This document shows positions 24,557 through 35,246 of a stretch of DNA of 64,000 nt, one piece after another. Positions within the stretch are counted from its first letter, which is position 1, and each line of letters starts with the position of its first letter. The translations under genes and the position numbers were made by a program. The DNA comes from a virus (lineage: Duplodnaviria; Caudoviricetes), in the IMG/VR virus record IMGVR_UViG_3300028025_003604, positions 1,923-65,922 of that record, one strand, 5' to 3'. Below the pieces are notes generated by a model. It did no database searches. It worked only from the letters and a program-made list of their open reading frames with translations, and was not told the DNA's origin.

Positions 24557-27500
24557 TTATTGATTTGGAAATTCAGATAATGCTTCTGCTCTTGCGTCTT
24601 CGATCACACCTGAGATGTAAGCCTTGAGCTCTTTTCTTCTTTGCTTCCTGTCAGGGATAGCGAGTATCTTGCTGATGTCTTTCCATTCTTCTTGGAGATA
24701 CTGCTTAGTGATTTGACCTGAACGCTTAGTGTACTGGTAGTACTCATCGTCGGTCATGTCACGAGTTTCCTCGCTACTAGGATCGTCGCTCACATATAGA
24801 GGGCGAGTCTCAGGCTTACCGATGTAGATACCGTTCTCGTTAAGAGCTGCAAGCAACTCATCCTTACTAGGCTTACCTACTGTGATAGGTAATAACTTCT
24901 CTGAAGTAGATGGTGTAACTGGTTCACCGAATACATCTAGGATCGGATTTAATCCATCATTCAAATAAGGAATGTCTCTGTAGATTCTTTCAACACCCTT
25001 AGCCGCCTTAATCGGAGAGTCCATCGCTTCACGTGTGAACTTGATAGCCTGCTGAGTGAAGTTTGATACAGCCATTGTTTTAGCTTGATCAGAACCCCAG
25101 CTTATAATACGATCTCCAAGACTTGATGACTGGTTGTATTCTTGCTTAGGCTTGATCACCTCAACGAAGTCTTGAATACCTTTCATTACAGACTTGTCGT
25201 ATAATGCTGTAACCATACCTGCTGCTGCGATTTTTGCCTCGTTAGTAGGCTGATCACTGCTATTGTACTTTCCGCTATCATGCATAGCTCCTACAGCAGC
25301 TAACACTGGAGCAACAGGCCAGTCCTTATAAGAGATGTATCTGCCGCTCTTAAGCTTGATAGAGTAAGGTCTCCATCCGCTCTTCATTAACTCGTAGTTT
25401 TTCTGAGGATCGCCGGAACCATTAGCTGTTACTTCGAATAGATCATCATCATCGTCACCAGTTAATCCGCTTAACATTATGAATGTTGATAAACCGATAG
25501 TAGCCTTGATGGCGAAGTCGGCTCTCTCATCTGCAGTAAGCTTTCTTCTAACGTTTCCTTTTAAGGAAGTATCAACAACTGTACTTCCAACGGCAGATTT
25601 TACATAACCCAATGGAGTGTAGTTTAAAGCATTCTCTGTAAGGTTAACAACGATACGAGTGAACGGTAAAAACATTCTAGATAGTTTAGTAGACTGCTGG
25701 AATGAAAGAGCTAATTTGTACACAGGTCTCATGAATCCTTCTGGCTCGTAGTTAAGAGTAACTCTCTTACCGAACTCATCAGCCTCCTTCTTAATGTCCT
25801 TGCTTCTACCTTCTTCTAAGATCTGACCAACCCTTCTTCTGTATCTTACAGTGCCCGGAAGGTATCCTTCTGACTTAGCCTTATCAGCTGCCTCAGCTTT
25901 TTTCTCAGAAGTCTTGTTTAGTATTTCGTCAACACGCTTCTTAATATCCATATCAGGATTAGCCTTACCTTCTTCCTTAGCGGTATTGTAAGCCATCACT
26001 CTTGAGATAGCTTCTGAGTTTGCTCTAGCAAATGCAGCATCCGTTGCAGCTAGTGCACGGCCCACATACTTTAATACCTTTGGACTTAATCCACCAGCCC
26101 AGTCTAATACCTTACCAGCTTTATCTCCAGCCACTTGCTTCCAAGAGAAGAACTCTAGGATGTTGCCCTGCTTGAACTTATCTCCGTCTTGAGCGGTTAC
26201 ACCTGTCTTTAAAATATCAGCAGCGTCATTTGCGCCCTGCTTAATTCCAGCTAAGAAACCTTGGATACCATTAATGAATGGCATTACGCTCTTGGTTTTG
26301 ATTGCCTCACGAGTACCAACCACAGCACCTTCTGCGAAAGAGTTCCATAAGTTGGCAAAGAAGTTGGTAGACTGGGTAGTGATACCACTCAGGATGTGAG
26401 CGTACCATATAGCCTCCATAATATCTGTGGCAGCTACCGGAGTAATTGAGCTGATGTAGTTTCCTAAAGCATAAGTCGCCTCATCCTTTGGCAAACCTTC
26501 GTCAGCATTTCTTACCTCTTTAGCTAGGTCTGTGATAGTCTTGCGCTGCTCTTCTGTTAATGGCTTGCCGTTCTCGGATTCTACCTGATCCATGATCTTC
26601 TTAACATAGAACTGTAACATAGATGGCGAACCTTTAGAGTTCTCATAGAAGCGTCTGAATGCCTGTATAGCCTGACCAAGTTCTGTACCTAATGGCGCCA
26701 CTTGGTTTACTAATTGGGCCTGCTTTTCACTTAACCTTTGAGCGGTTTCTTTATCACCCTTAATCTCCGCCATATTGATAGCGGTGTCGATCTTATCCAT
26801 AACCGCACCACTCATCCAGATCCTAACACGGTTAGGTATATCTTGAGGCTGAGTAAGAAGATAGTCTAATGCATCTTCTGGGTTCTTTTCATCTATAAAT
26901 GCTTGAGCCTCTTCAGCTGTTTGTTTATTGGAGACAACAAAGTATTTCTTTGCGTCATCGTTTATCTTAGCTATGGTATCAACTCCTCTGTCAGGGAAAG
27001 TTTTAGATAACCCCCGAGCTCTCTGGCCCTCTTCAAGGTCACCAACAATATCTTCCACTGATGGGTTAAGGGCTGGGTCATACTTAACATCTTCAATAAG
27101 ATCCATGGCCTCATCTTTAGTCAACCCCTTTTCATCCATAATGATTTGAGCAACATCTTCGTCACTAAGTTTACCTAACATATTAGCTACACTCTTTCTG
27201 GTATCGGCATCGATATTGGCGCCACCTTTAGAAAGCTGTGCACCACCAACCTGATCTTTAAAGAAAGCCTTAACAGCTAAGTCGGTAGCGTTATCGATCA
27301 TAGACTTATCGAAGTCTATACCCTTACCCCACTTATCCATAAGGTCTCTTATAACCTTTTGTACGTAGTTGATTAGGGTATTGATAATATCTCCAGATGT
27401 AGCCTGATTGTAGCCGTATACTGTGTCTCTAAACTCATTCTTATCCTTGGCCATAATACCGGCCATGTTATCTCTGAAATCTTTGTTCGTTAATAACTCA

Positions 27501-30500
27501 GCCATGAACTCATTAAAGTTCTGTAGGCCATAGTAAGCACCGCTTGCCTTTTCGCCAACGATGTCTGGATGTTTTGCCTTTAAGAACTTATAGATGTCTT
27601 CAAGAGCTTTGTACTCAGTGGTACCTTTGTTCTTGTTGATACTATCAAGAGTAACCCAGTGCATCATCTCGTGAGCAGTGGCAGAATACTGGTTGGCGTA
27701 GATGTCTGTAGCGATACCTATAACCGGCTTGTCAAGGAATGTTCTTGGACGAGAGTATAAACCTGCAACCATACCACCAGACTGGTTGAATATGTTTGCT
27801 GTTTGACCTAGGTTATACATCTCAACCTTGTCCGCCTTTGGCATCTTAGAGATCGCCTTGAATATAGGCTGGTATGGACCTTCAACTTCTGCTAGCTTTT
27901 CAGCTACAGTCTTTACATTCTCGCCAGTTAAATCTGTAATGCCGAACTTAGATAGAGGTACGTAGTTGCTTCCCTCAGCTAGGTTTATGTTCGGTAGGCT
28001 ATTGAAATCCTTTAGATCTTCTACAGATAAACCTCCACCGATCTTAGCTTGAGCACGCTTTGCGTTAGGCTTAAACTTAGCAAGAGCAGGATTTGTTTCA
28101 ACCTGATTTAGGGTTCCCGGCTTTACCTTGCTGTATACTTCTGGCTTTAAGGCCTCTGTAGTCTGAGCTCTTAATAGTTTCTTTCTTCCAATGTTCCATT
28201 CTGCTACAGTCATAGGATACCCCCGACCTGCCGCAGCTTTAGAAACCCAAGCAACCTGCTTGTTTGGATCGAACGCTTGTCCCGGATATTGTTTTTCAAA
28301 CATCCTTCTTGCTGGCTCGATTAAGTTAAGTGGGTCCTGATTAAAAGGATAAACCTTCCCTTTAGGTACACGTACCACATAACCGTAATCGTTAGGAATG
28401 TTTCTTTCCAAAACGTCAGGTCTGGTGTAATACATTGAGATACCTACACCCGGACGCTCATCTCTACCAGTTGCTCTGGTATTGCTACCGAACTTATTAG
28501 GATCGATCTTCTTAATATTCTTATCGCTGTAGTGATAGAACAAGTAGTTGCCCTTATCATCTTCAGTCATTTGTTTTTGTGTAGTGGCAGGTAATTCTAC
28601 CTTACCAACTTTTTGTTGAACAGGAGAAGCAACACCTTTTATACCTGAACCATACGGCGCCACTGTCTGTGACTGTTGTGTCTTAGATTTAAGCTCTGGG
28701 TATTTCGCCCTGAACTCAGGAGTCATAATATCGTAAGCGTTAATCTTCTTATCAGGCACACCTACTACAGTACCAAGAACATTGTTCTGGTAAGTAGAGT
28801 GATCTGACACTCCACCAAACCCTGTTGGTTTCAACACGAGCATGATGTCATTCATGTCGAAGTTGTTGTCCTTATAGAAACCGTCTCTTAAAGATTCGTA
28901 GTCAACAAATAATTTGTTGTCATCTAAGAACTTCTTAAGCTCAGTACCTTTCTTTTCTTTTTGATCATCAAGAGCAATCAAGAAATCTTTTCTCTTAGGA
29001 CTCTCTAATAATTCTTCAAAAGAATTGAAGTCGTTAACGATCTTGTTAAGACCTGAGATCTTAGAGATGCTGTTAAGTTTTTCTTTGAACTTAGCGTAGT
29101 CATCTTTAAAGATCCCTTTCAACCTTTGAACAGTAATATCTGCAACACTCTTGTTAAACAGCTTGCTCTTTGAAGGAGAACCTGAAATGATAAATAAGTA
29201 GTCGCTTTTCTTGATGTTATCGTTAACAAACTTCTCACCCTTGCCTGTAGCCCAGATAATATTCTCTTTTCTATTCTTTGGATCAAGAGCGAATGAAGGA
29301 CCAGCATCTAAGTAATGCTCGCCATCAATAACACTATCGTAATAATTACCACGACCTAATTGATCTGCTACCCAGAACCAAACCTTCTGGCCCTTTGCTT
29401 GAATCTCATCGATCAAAGATTTGATGTCGATCTTGTCTTCTGGTTTTACAAAAGACAGTGGATAGCTTTCTTTAAACCTTACTGGTTCTGCTTTCGGATC
29501 AGCAACCCTTAACTGAGTTGGCGTACCTACGTTCTCACCAATATTGTTTTTAAACTCGGTAACGTTCTCCTTACCTACTACTTCTGATATATCTGTACCA
29601 GTCTTAAGAGCGTTAGAAATTTCCTTAGCCTTCTTAATGAAGGTGGCTTTATCTGTGTCGCTAAGTAGTGGATCAAGGCCTAAGTATTTTGCAATCTCAT
29701 TTACGAAATCGATTACGGCCTGCTTGAAACCTGTAGGAACCGAATCGAAATCAATAGTACCATCAGCCATCAAAGCAATAGATTCAACCATTGCTTCATC
29801 TACCTGTGTTTCTTTTCCTTCGTAGTTATTCTCTGACCAGTTAACAATAGCCTTAGCATTGTTATTAGTTTTCGCCAACTGAGCTAAACCATTAGCCATC
29901 TTGTCGTACAGATTTCTATCTGTATTTCTAATGATGTTCATCACAGGGTGAGAAGACTCGTGCCATGCAATGTTCCAGTCCTTAGAGTTTTTGATTGCAG
30001 CCAAGTTGATAGACACAGTTCCGTCTTCATCAACGAATACACCTTGAGTAGATTTATCCTGACCTGACTCACTAGCAAATGAATCTGCGTTATCGTAGAT
30101 CTTAAATTTAACTCCCGAGCTGGCAAGTGTCTTAGCAGCTTGGTTTACATCAGCAATAACCTTCTTGTGGATAGGACTGCTAACAGTTACGTTAGGTAGA
30201 TCTACTGGAGCATCTGCAGTTACTGTGAACTTAGGACTCTTATCAGTATAGTTATCCTCTATATTAGAGAACTCTTCTGGTAATAAACCAATCTTCTGCT
30301 CAGCAAACGGACGCTCTGTTGCGCTCATGAAACCTTCATCACCTTTCTTCTTGATAGATCCATCAGGATTTCTCATTTGCTTACCGAAGTTTACCCATGA
30401 GTTTTGACCACGTGTCTCAGTAGTCATTGCTCTTCTTGCGAGAGGAGTAAACATTCTTGCGTGAACGTCCCATGCATTCTCTTCACCTACGGCGCCAAAA

Positions 30501-33151
30501 GAATTACCTCTTTCTGTGTGGCCGAAGAAGTCATGCACACCACGGAACACATCGTTCATTAACAATGGTTTGCCGTTAATATCTTTAGCACCACTATCTC
30601 TCAATAGTGGGTTATCATTTCTTTGTTGATCTGTGATAGGATTCTGACCGAAGTCTTTTTCTGTAGAGAGAACGAATAGATGTTTGTTGTCACGCACATC
30701 TTTAATCATCTCCTCAGAGTTTTTATATGGCTCACCCTGACCCTCGTAGATTTCGAACTTAACACCAGCTTTAGTGATGGCGTCAAATTGATCTTTAGTT
30801 TCTTGGGCCATAGCCTCGTAAGCAGCTTTTACTTGTGGATCGTTAGGGTTATTCTCCATAGCGTCATAAGCATCTGCTATTGATTTAGATTTATTTTCAT
30901 CAAGCTTTGTGATAGGCGCTCCTTCTGGAACATCGATACCCTTAGCTTGCTTGTATTCTGTAGCAATAACCTTAGTCTCAGGATTAGGTTCGTTAAACAA
31001 TCTCTTGCCTGCTTTAACTGTAACCTCTGGTAGGTCGACAGCTTTAGCACTCCTGTCCTTATCTACTACTGCAAGTATCTGCTTTTCTAATTCCTTTATT
31101 TGATTCTCAGCTTCTGGTTTAAACGCAGGATCTAATTCCTTAGCTTGCTGAGTTAATGCATCCTTCTTTTTAATTAGTTCTAGTGTCTCAGCTTTTGCAG
31201 AATCAGAAAGATCTTCAGGAACTTTCTTAATATCTGTAGTTGTTTGGGCGATCTCTTGCTTGAGCTTCATACCCTGCTCCTTGGTTAGATTACCAGAAGC
31301 AACATTTAGATCTATATTGTTTGATACCTGTGCCGCATCACCCTTAGTAACTACAGTAACAACATCTTTCTTTGAAATATCTTTTCCTCTCTTCGCAGTC
31401 TCAACCATTGTACCGTAAGCTATCTCTACAGATCCCGGACCGGTTTCTCCGATCGCTTCCATAAGGATTGCGTTAGGGCTTGTGATTTTACCTTCAGAAA
31501 CTAATTGACCAGCAGCCTCACCACCAGCACCAAGCCCTGCCTGTACAGCCATCTCTGCTGCACCTGCTAGCGCTTTCCCTGCAATTGTTTTGGCTGGCTT
31601 TGATAATACCTTACCAGCAATACCACCACTAATCATGTCAAACAATGCTACAGGGACACCCTTCTTCAAACCGTCTGACTTTAACTCATCCATTAACTTT
31701 TTATCAGCAAATGCATTCTTAAGATCTTCTGCGTTTGTTACATCAACGCCAAGTTCAGAGAGCCCTTCTATTATTTTACCAGAGTACTCTAGGTTTAATG
31801 AGGCCATACCTAATCCAGCTAAAGCACCAGTACTAGCACCAGCAGCAGTTCCAATTCCCGGAACAACACTACCAGCTACAGCACCTGTACCAGCACCGGC
31901 AGCCATACGTGATGCGCCATGAGAATATAATGCACTTAAACTTTCTAGTGATAGCTCTAAAAGAATTCCCAATGGATTCTTTTTAAATAATTCAAAGCTT
32001 GGGTTGTTGCTAAACTCTTCGTAAATCTTTGTACCCTTTGCGTCTTGCTGAAGCTTTTGCAATTCAGCTAAACGAGCTACATCTATACCAGAGTTTTCTG
32101 CAGTTACGTTTAATATGTCAGCAGTCTCACCAACCTTAGTTCCGCGATCAATAGCATTACTAATTAATTTCCCAAAGGCCCTAGTTGTGTAAGGATTTTC
32201 GTAATCAATTTGGCGTAACCTTTCTGAAGCAGCAGCCTTTTCTTCTTTGGCCTTGTTAAATAACTCAACAGCAGTTGCAATATCTTTATTTTGATTGATC
32301 ATAGTTGCCGCAGCATCCTGATCAATATCAGCGCCAATCATATCAAGCTCTAACTTAACAGCTTCCTTTTCTGACTCGCTAGTCTTAGGGTCATTTAGTT
32401 TTTGAATAGCATCGGTATATTCACTTTGCTTACCATACGACAACGACTTAAGGCCGTTGAATTGACGGCCTGTTAAAACTCCTTTTAAATCGGAGTTCTC
32501 ATATTCTTTAGTTAATTCTGGAGACTTAGAGTTGTATACACCAGCATAGGTGCTACTAATAAAAGAATCACGTGTTTGATTATTGGTCTGAAGATCTGAG
32601 TTCTTTGAGAAGAAGTCATACAGTAAGCCTGTTCTTTCAGTACCTTTATTTTGTTGGTTTAACTCATAAGCACTTCTGATTAACTCAGAAGCCTTTGGAG
32701 CAAACGTTGGATCTTTCTTTTTCTTATCTTCTATAAGCGAGTTAAGCGTTCCGGTACCGGCGCTAACCCTCTTATATCTTTCCTTCATCTCATCTGTTAC
32801 AACGGGATCTATCTCCAATGGTAATGGAGATTGGTCCGATACAGATACAGATGCAGAAGCTTGAGATGATTGAGGCGTAGATGTCTTTGATGACTTTACC
32901 ACAACTTCTGGCAAAGTCTCTCCATCCACCGCCATCTCTTTTTTTTTTACAGGAAAGAACTCTGGGAACTTGTCCTCAAACTCAACATCAGATTTATATT
33001 TACCGCTATCTATTGTAGCAGAGTAATCGAAGGCAGCAGATAAATTATCTTTACCTATTTGAGGAAATTGATTCAACAGTTCATCATCACTTATTTCAGG
33101 ATTAGACTTAAGCGTTTCATGAAAATTTAATAGCGTTTGTTTTATATCCAT
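24557..33151 (-). CDS. giant polyvalent ejection/internal virion protein (2864 aa)
   Basis: Gly/Ala-rich membrane-like segment, two HExxH motifs, HDFFGH/ETRGQNSW domain, ART-like FYHYS segment; lies after the tail genes. Confidence 0.75.
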   Translation of the reverse strand: MDIKQTLLNFHETLKSNPEISDDELLNQFPQIGKDNLSAAFDYSATIDSGKYKSDVEFEDKFPEFFPVKKKEMAVDGETLPEVVVKSSKTSTPQSSQASASVSVSDQSPLPLEIDPVVTDEMKERYKRVSAGTGTLNSLIEDKKKKDPTFAPKASELIRSAYELNQQNKGTERTGLLYDFFSKNSDLQTNNQTRDSFISSTYAGVYNSKSPELTKEYENSDLKGVLTGRQFNGLKSLSYGKQSEYTDAIQKLNDPKTSESEKEAVKLELDMIGADIDQDAAATMINQNKDIATAVELFNKAKEEKAAASERLRQIDYENPYTTRAFGKLISNAIDRGTKVGETADILNVTAENSGIDVARLAELQKLQQDAKGTKIYEEFSNNPSFELFKKNPLGILLELSLESLSALYSHGASRMAAGAGTGAVAGSVVPGIGTAAGASTGALAGLGMASLNLEYSGKIIEGLSELGVDVTNAEDLKNAFADKKLMDELKSDGLKKGVPVALFDMISGGIAGKVLSKPAKTIAGKALAGAAEMAVQAGLGAGGEAAGQLVSEGKITSPNAILMEAIGETGPGSVEIAYGTMVETAKRGKDISKKDVVTVVTKGDAAQVSNNIDLNVASGNLTKEQGMKLKQEIAQTTTDIKKVPEDLSDSAKAETLELIKKKDALTQQAKELDPAFKPEAENQIKELEKQILAVVDKDRSAKAVDLPEVTVKAGKRLFNEPNPETKVIATEYKQAKGIDVPEGAPITKLDENKSKSIADAYDAMENNPNDPQVKAAYEAMAQETKDQFDAITKAGVKFEIYEGQGEPYKNSEEMIKDVRDNKHLFVLSTEKDFGQNPITDQQRNDNPLLRDSGAKDINGKPLLMNDVFRGVHDFFGHTERGNSFGAVGEENAWDVHARMFTPLARRAMTTETRGQNSWVNFGKQMRNPDGSIKKKGDEGFMSATERPFAEQKIGLLPEEFSNIEDNYTDKSPKFTVTADAPVDLPNVTVSSPIHKKVIADVNQAAKTLASSGVKFKIYDNADSFASESGQDKSTQGVFVDEDGTVSINLAAIKNSKDWNIAWHESSHPVMNIIRNTDRNLYDKMANGLAQLAKTNNNAKAIVNWSENNYEGKETQVDEAMVESIALMADGTIDFDSVPTGFKQAVIDFVNEIAKYLGLDPLLSDTDKATFIKKAKEISNALKTGTDISEVVGKENVTEFKNNIGENVGTPTQLRVADPKAEPVRFKESYPLSFVKPEDKIDIKSLIDEIQAKGQKVWFWVADQLGRGNYYDSVIDGEHYLDAGPSFALDPKNRKENIIWATGKGEKFVNDNIKKSDYLFIISGSPSKSKLFNKSVADITVQRLKGIFKDDYAKFKEKLNSISKISGLNKIVNDFNSFEELLESPKRKDFLIALDDQKEKKGTELKKFLDDNKLFVDYESLRDGFYKDNNFDMNDIMLVLKPTGFGGVSDHSTYQNNVLGTVVGVPDKKINAYDIMTPEFRAKYPELKSKTQQSQTVAPYGSGIKGVASPVQQKVGKVELPATTQKQMTEDDKGNYLFYHYSDKNIKKIDPNKFGSNTRATGRDERPGVGISMYYTRPDVLERNIPNDYGYVVRVPKGKVYPFNQDPLNLIEPARRMFEKQYPGQAFDPNKQVAWVSKAAAGRGYPMTVAEWNIGRKKLLRAQTTEALKPEVYSKVKPGTLNQVETNPALAKFKPNAKRAQAKIGGGLSVEDLKDFNSLPNINLAEGSNYVPLSKFGITDLTGENVKTVAEKLAEVEGPYQPIFKAISKMPKADKVEMYNLGQTANIFNQSGGMVAGLYSRPRTFLDKPVIGIATDIYANQYSATAHEMMHWVTLDSINKNKGTTEYKALEDIYKFLKAKHPDIVGEKASGAYYGLQNFNEFMAELLTNKDFRDNMAGIMAKDKNEFRDTVYGYNQATSGDIINTLINYVQKVIRDLMDKWGKGIDFDKSMIDNATDLAVKAFFKDQVGGAQLSKGGANIDADTRKSVANMLGKLSDEDVAQIIMDEKGLTKDEAMDLIEDVKYDPALNPSVEDIVGDLEEGQRARGLSKTFPDRGVDTIAKINDDAKKYFVVSNKQTAEEAQAFIDEKNPEDALDYLLTQPQDIPNRVRIWMSGAVMDKIDTAINMAEIKGDKETAQRLSEKQAQLVNQVAPLGTELGQAIQAFRRFYENSKGSPSMLQFYVKKIMDQVESENGKPLTEEQRKTITDLAKEVRNADEGLPKDEATYALGNYISSITPVAATDIMEAIWYAHILSGITTQSTNFFANLWNSFAEGAVVGTREAIKTKSVMPFINGIQGFLAGIKQGANDAADILKTGVTAQDGDKFKQGNILEFFSWKQVAGDKAGKVLDWAGGLSPKVLKYVGRALAATDAAFARANSEAISRVMAYNTAKEEGKANPDMDIKKRVDEILNKTSEKKAEAADKAKSEGYLPGTVRYRRRVGQILEEGRSKDIKKEADEFGKRVTLNYEPEGFMRPVYKLALSFQQSTKLSRMFLPFTRIVVNLTENALNYTPLGYVKSAVGSTVVDTSLKGNVRRKLTADERADFAIKATIGLSTFIMLSGLTGDDDDDLFEVTANGSGDPQKNYELMKSGWRPYSIKLKSGRYISYKDWPVAPVLAAVGAMHDSGKYNSSDQPTNEAKIAAAGMVTALYDKSVMKGIQDFVEVIKPKQEYNQSSSLGDRIISWGSDQAKTMAVSNFTQQAIKFTREAMDSPIKAAKGVERIYRDIPYLNDGLNPILDVFGEPVTPSTSEKLLPITVGKPSKDELLAALNENGIYIGKPETRPLYVSDDPSSEETRDMTDDEYYQYTKRSGQITKQYLQEEWKDISKILAIPDRKQRRKELKAYISGVIEDARAEALSEFPNQ

Positions 33152-33165
33152 TATTTTCCTTTTAA

Positions 33166-34584
33166 TTATCTTGGGGTGCCTTTTTGTTCTTTCGGTTTAG
33201 GGTTATATCCTGTTCCGCTTGTTGCTGGAACTACTACATCGCGCCATGATTGGATGTCGTATGTTTTTAATGGTTCACCTGCTTTCTCTCTTACGAAGAA
33301 CTGACGTGTACCAGAGTTGTACTGAACCTCTACTGGTCCATAAGTACCTCTTCTATTTTTGAATAATGGTAGGTTATTGAACTGTCCAGTTACATCGTAC
33401 ATCATATTCCCCTGACCAGTCTTTTTAGCGGAGCCTAGGAAGTTTGTATCAAGACTAATGATAGATGTGATACGGTCGTTAGGTGCAGCGTTCGTAGGAT
33501 CTGTTGAGGTAGGTGTAGTGATTCTTGGTTGGAATATAATATCCTGCTTAGACTCTGACTCTACCTTGCCGATTTGATTAGCCACAGATTGTGTATGGAA
33601 TGCCTTCTTGATGTTTTCTAGAATGGCGCCATTTGCTGGATCTAGAACTTTAGGCAAGCTGATAGTAGGAGGTAGTCCTGCCTTAGCAGCCATTGCCGCC
33701 TTACCTTTATCATCTGCAGTGTTGTAGTCGTTAATAAAGCCAACAGCTCTCGATGTAAGCATCCTGTTGATGCTTGGATCTGATACGTCGTCTTTATAAA
33801 CCTCGTCTACTAGAAACCCGTTATTATCAGTATTTAATACGATCTCCTCGTTCTTATCATCGTACTTCTGGTACTTAGGAGAAAAAGTAATCTTATTCGT
33901 TTCAGAAGTTCTTTTTAATCCACGCTGTACCTTAAGACTTAAAGTCTCTGTAGACTTAGGGGCCTTAGTAATTTTTTCAGTAAGAGCATTATAGCCGGTA
34001 CTAAGGTTAGCAAACTTTAATCCATCTGGACTATTAATAAGAGAGCCTAAGTAATCTTGACTGTCATCCAGTTCATCATTAGACTTAGGAACCCAGTTGC
34101 CTTTAGCGTCTTGTTTCTTGAATGCATTTCTAATAGCAACCTGTTTAGCTTCGCCAATATTATAACCCTTCCTCTCATCGTCAGTTAATGACTTCTCTCT
34201 CTCGTCAATATTCTTTAGGATGTTAGCATACTTAGCATCTCCTGCAGTAATATTCATTAATTGCTTTAGGGCGTTTTCTGCAACTTGTGCATCAGTACCA
34301 CCTTTCATTCCGCCTTTAAGAACAGCAGTTGTATTAGTTAAAATGTCGTCAACCAAAGCGGCTCTAGTTTCTGCACGCAGCTTACTAGGATCGAACATCG
34401 AACTCAATAGTTCTTTGTTCTGTTGATATATTCTCTTTTGCTCCTCAGCTTCAATACGCATCTTCTCTCTTTCCCTTTCGGCATTGAGGGCATTACGACG
34501 ATCAATGCTAGACGCCATATTCGTAAGAATCTGCGAAGCAGTGTTGTCAAACTGTATAGGATTTACTCTAGTTTCTTGTGCCAT
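33166..34584 (-). CDS. putative ejection/internal virion protein
   Basis: Helical, charged; between the small pilot-like protein and the giant protein. Confidence 0.6.
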   Translation of the reverse strand: MAQETRVNPIQFDNTASQILTNMASSIDRRNALNAEREREKMRIEAEEQKRIYQQNKELLSSMFDPSKLRAETRAALVDDILTNTTAVLKGGMKGGTDAQVAENALKQLMNITAGDAKYANILKNIDEREKSLTDDERKGYNIGEAKQVAIRNAFKKQDAKGNWVPKSNDELDDSQDYLGSLINSPDGLKFANLSTGYNALTEKITKAPKSTETLSLKVQRGLKRTSETNKITFSPKYQKYDDKNEEIVLNTDNNGFLVDEVYKDDVSDPSINRMLTSRAVGFINDYNTADDKGKAAMAAKAGLPPTISLPKVLDPANGAILENIKKAFHTQSVANQIGKVESESKQDIIFQPRITTPTSTDPTNAAPNDRITSIISLDTNFLGSAKKTGQGNMMYDVTGQFNNLPLFKNRRGTYGPVEVQYNSGTRQFFVREKAGEPLKTYDIQSWRDVVVPATSGTGYNPKPKEQKGTPR

Positions 34585-34588
34585 TTAT

Positions 34589-35143
34589 TTATTTACCTTT
34601 AGCGCTGTTAGATAAATTAGCGGCAGACAGCAATGAGTTACCTACATTCTGCCATGCGCTAGTTCTTGTTTGACCAGCGGCACCTAGGAGGTTAGCTCTT
34701 GAGTTAAATGCGGTTTGTGCTCCTTCGTACATGGCTTGGTCTTCTTGTTGACCCGCTCTCTGTGCGTTATATAAATCCTGCAGCTTCTGAAGTCTCATCT
34801 GCTGATTCATTTCGTTAGCCTTAAAAGCATCTTGATTAGCTTGAGCTCCGTAAGCAGATACTAGAGATAGCATTTGACTAGGGTCAACTACATTCCTTTG
34901 AGCTGCCGCTACCATGTTAGCTTGATTAGCTGCAATCTGTCTGTTCTGAATACTAGCAAATGGATTAGCGTTAAGCTCGTTTTGAGCCTGAGCCAACATC
35001 TGTGCGGGTAGCTTAGAGCGCTCCCGAACTGGCACCTGACCAGCAAGTTGATCAAACTTCTTAGCAGTCTTACCGGCACTGATACCGCCAATGATATTGC
35101 CAATAGTTCCAGCGGCTGCCAAGCCTATTGATATAGGGTCCAT
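34589..35143 (-). CDS. putative DNA pilot/ejection protein
   Basis: MDPISIGLAAAG N-terminus; Ala/Gln-rich coiled coil. Confidence 0.65.
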   Translation of the reverse strand: MDPISIGLAAAGTIGNIIGGISAGKTAKKFDQLAGQVPVRERSKLPAQMLAQAQNELNANPFASIQNRQIAANQANMVAAAQRNVVDPSQMLSLVSAYGAQANQDAFKANEMNQQMRLQKLQDLYNAQRAGQQEDQAMYEGAQTAFNSRANLLGAAGQTRTSAWQNVGNSLLSAANLSNSAKGK

Positions 35144-35198
35144 AGTTATATGTATTTATAATTAAAATACCGTTGCTGTATAGGCATTACGGTATATG

Positions 35199-35245
35199 CA
35201 AAAATCGACTAGAATGGTTGGAGAGTCCTGTAAAACAGGGGGTGA
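35199..35245 (-). promoter_or_regulatory. late promoter: -7-like TTTG plus upstream TCACCCCCTGTTTT element
   Basis: Same element and 37-bp offset at 54487 and 61161. Confidence 0.55.
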
Positions 35246-35246
35246 T

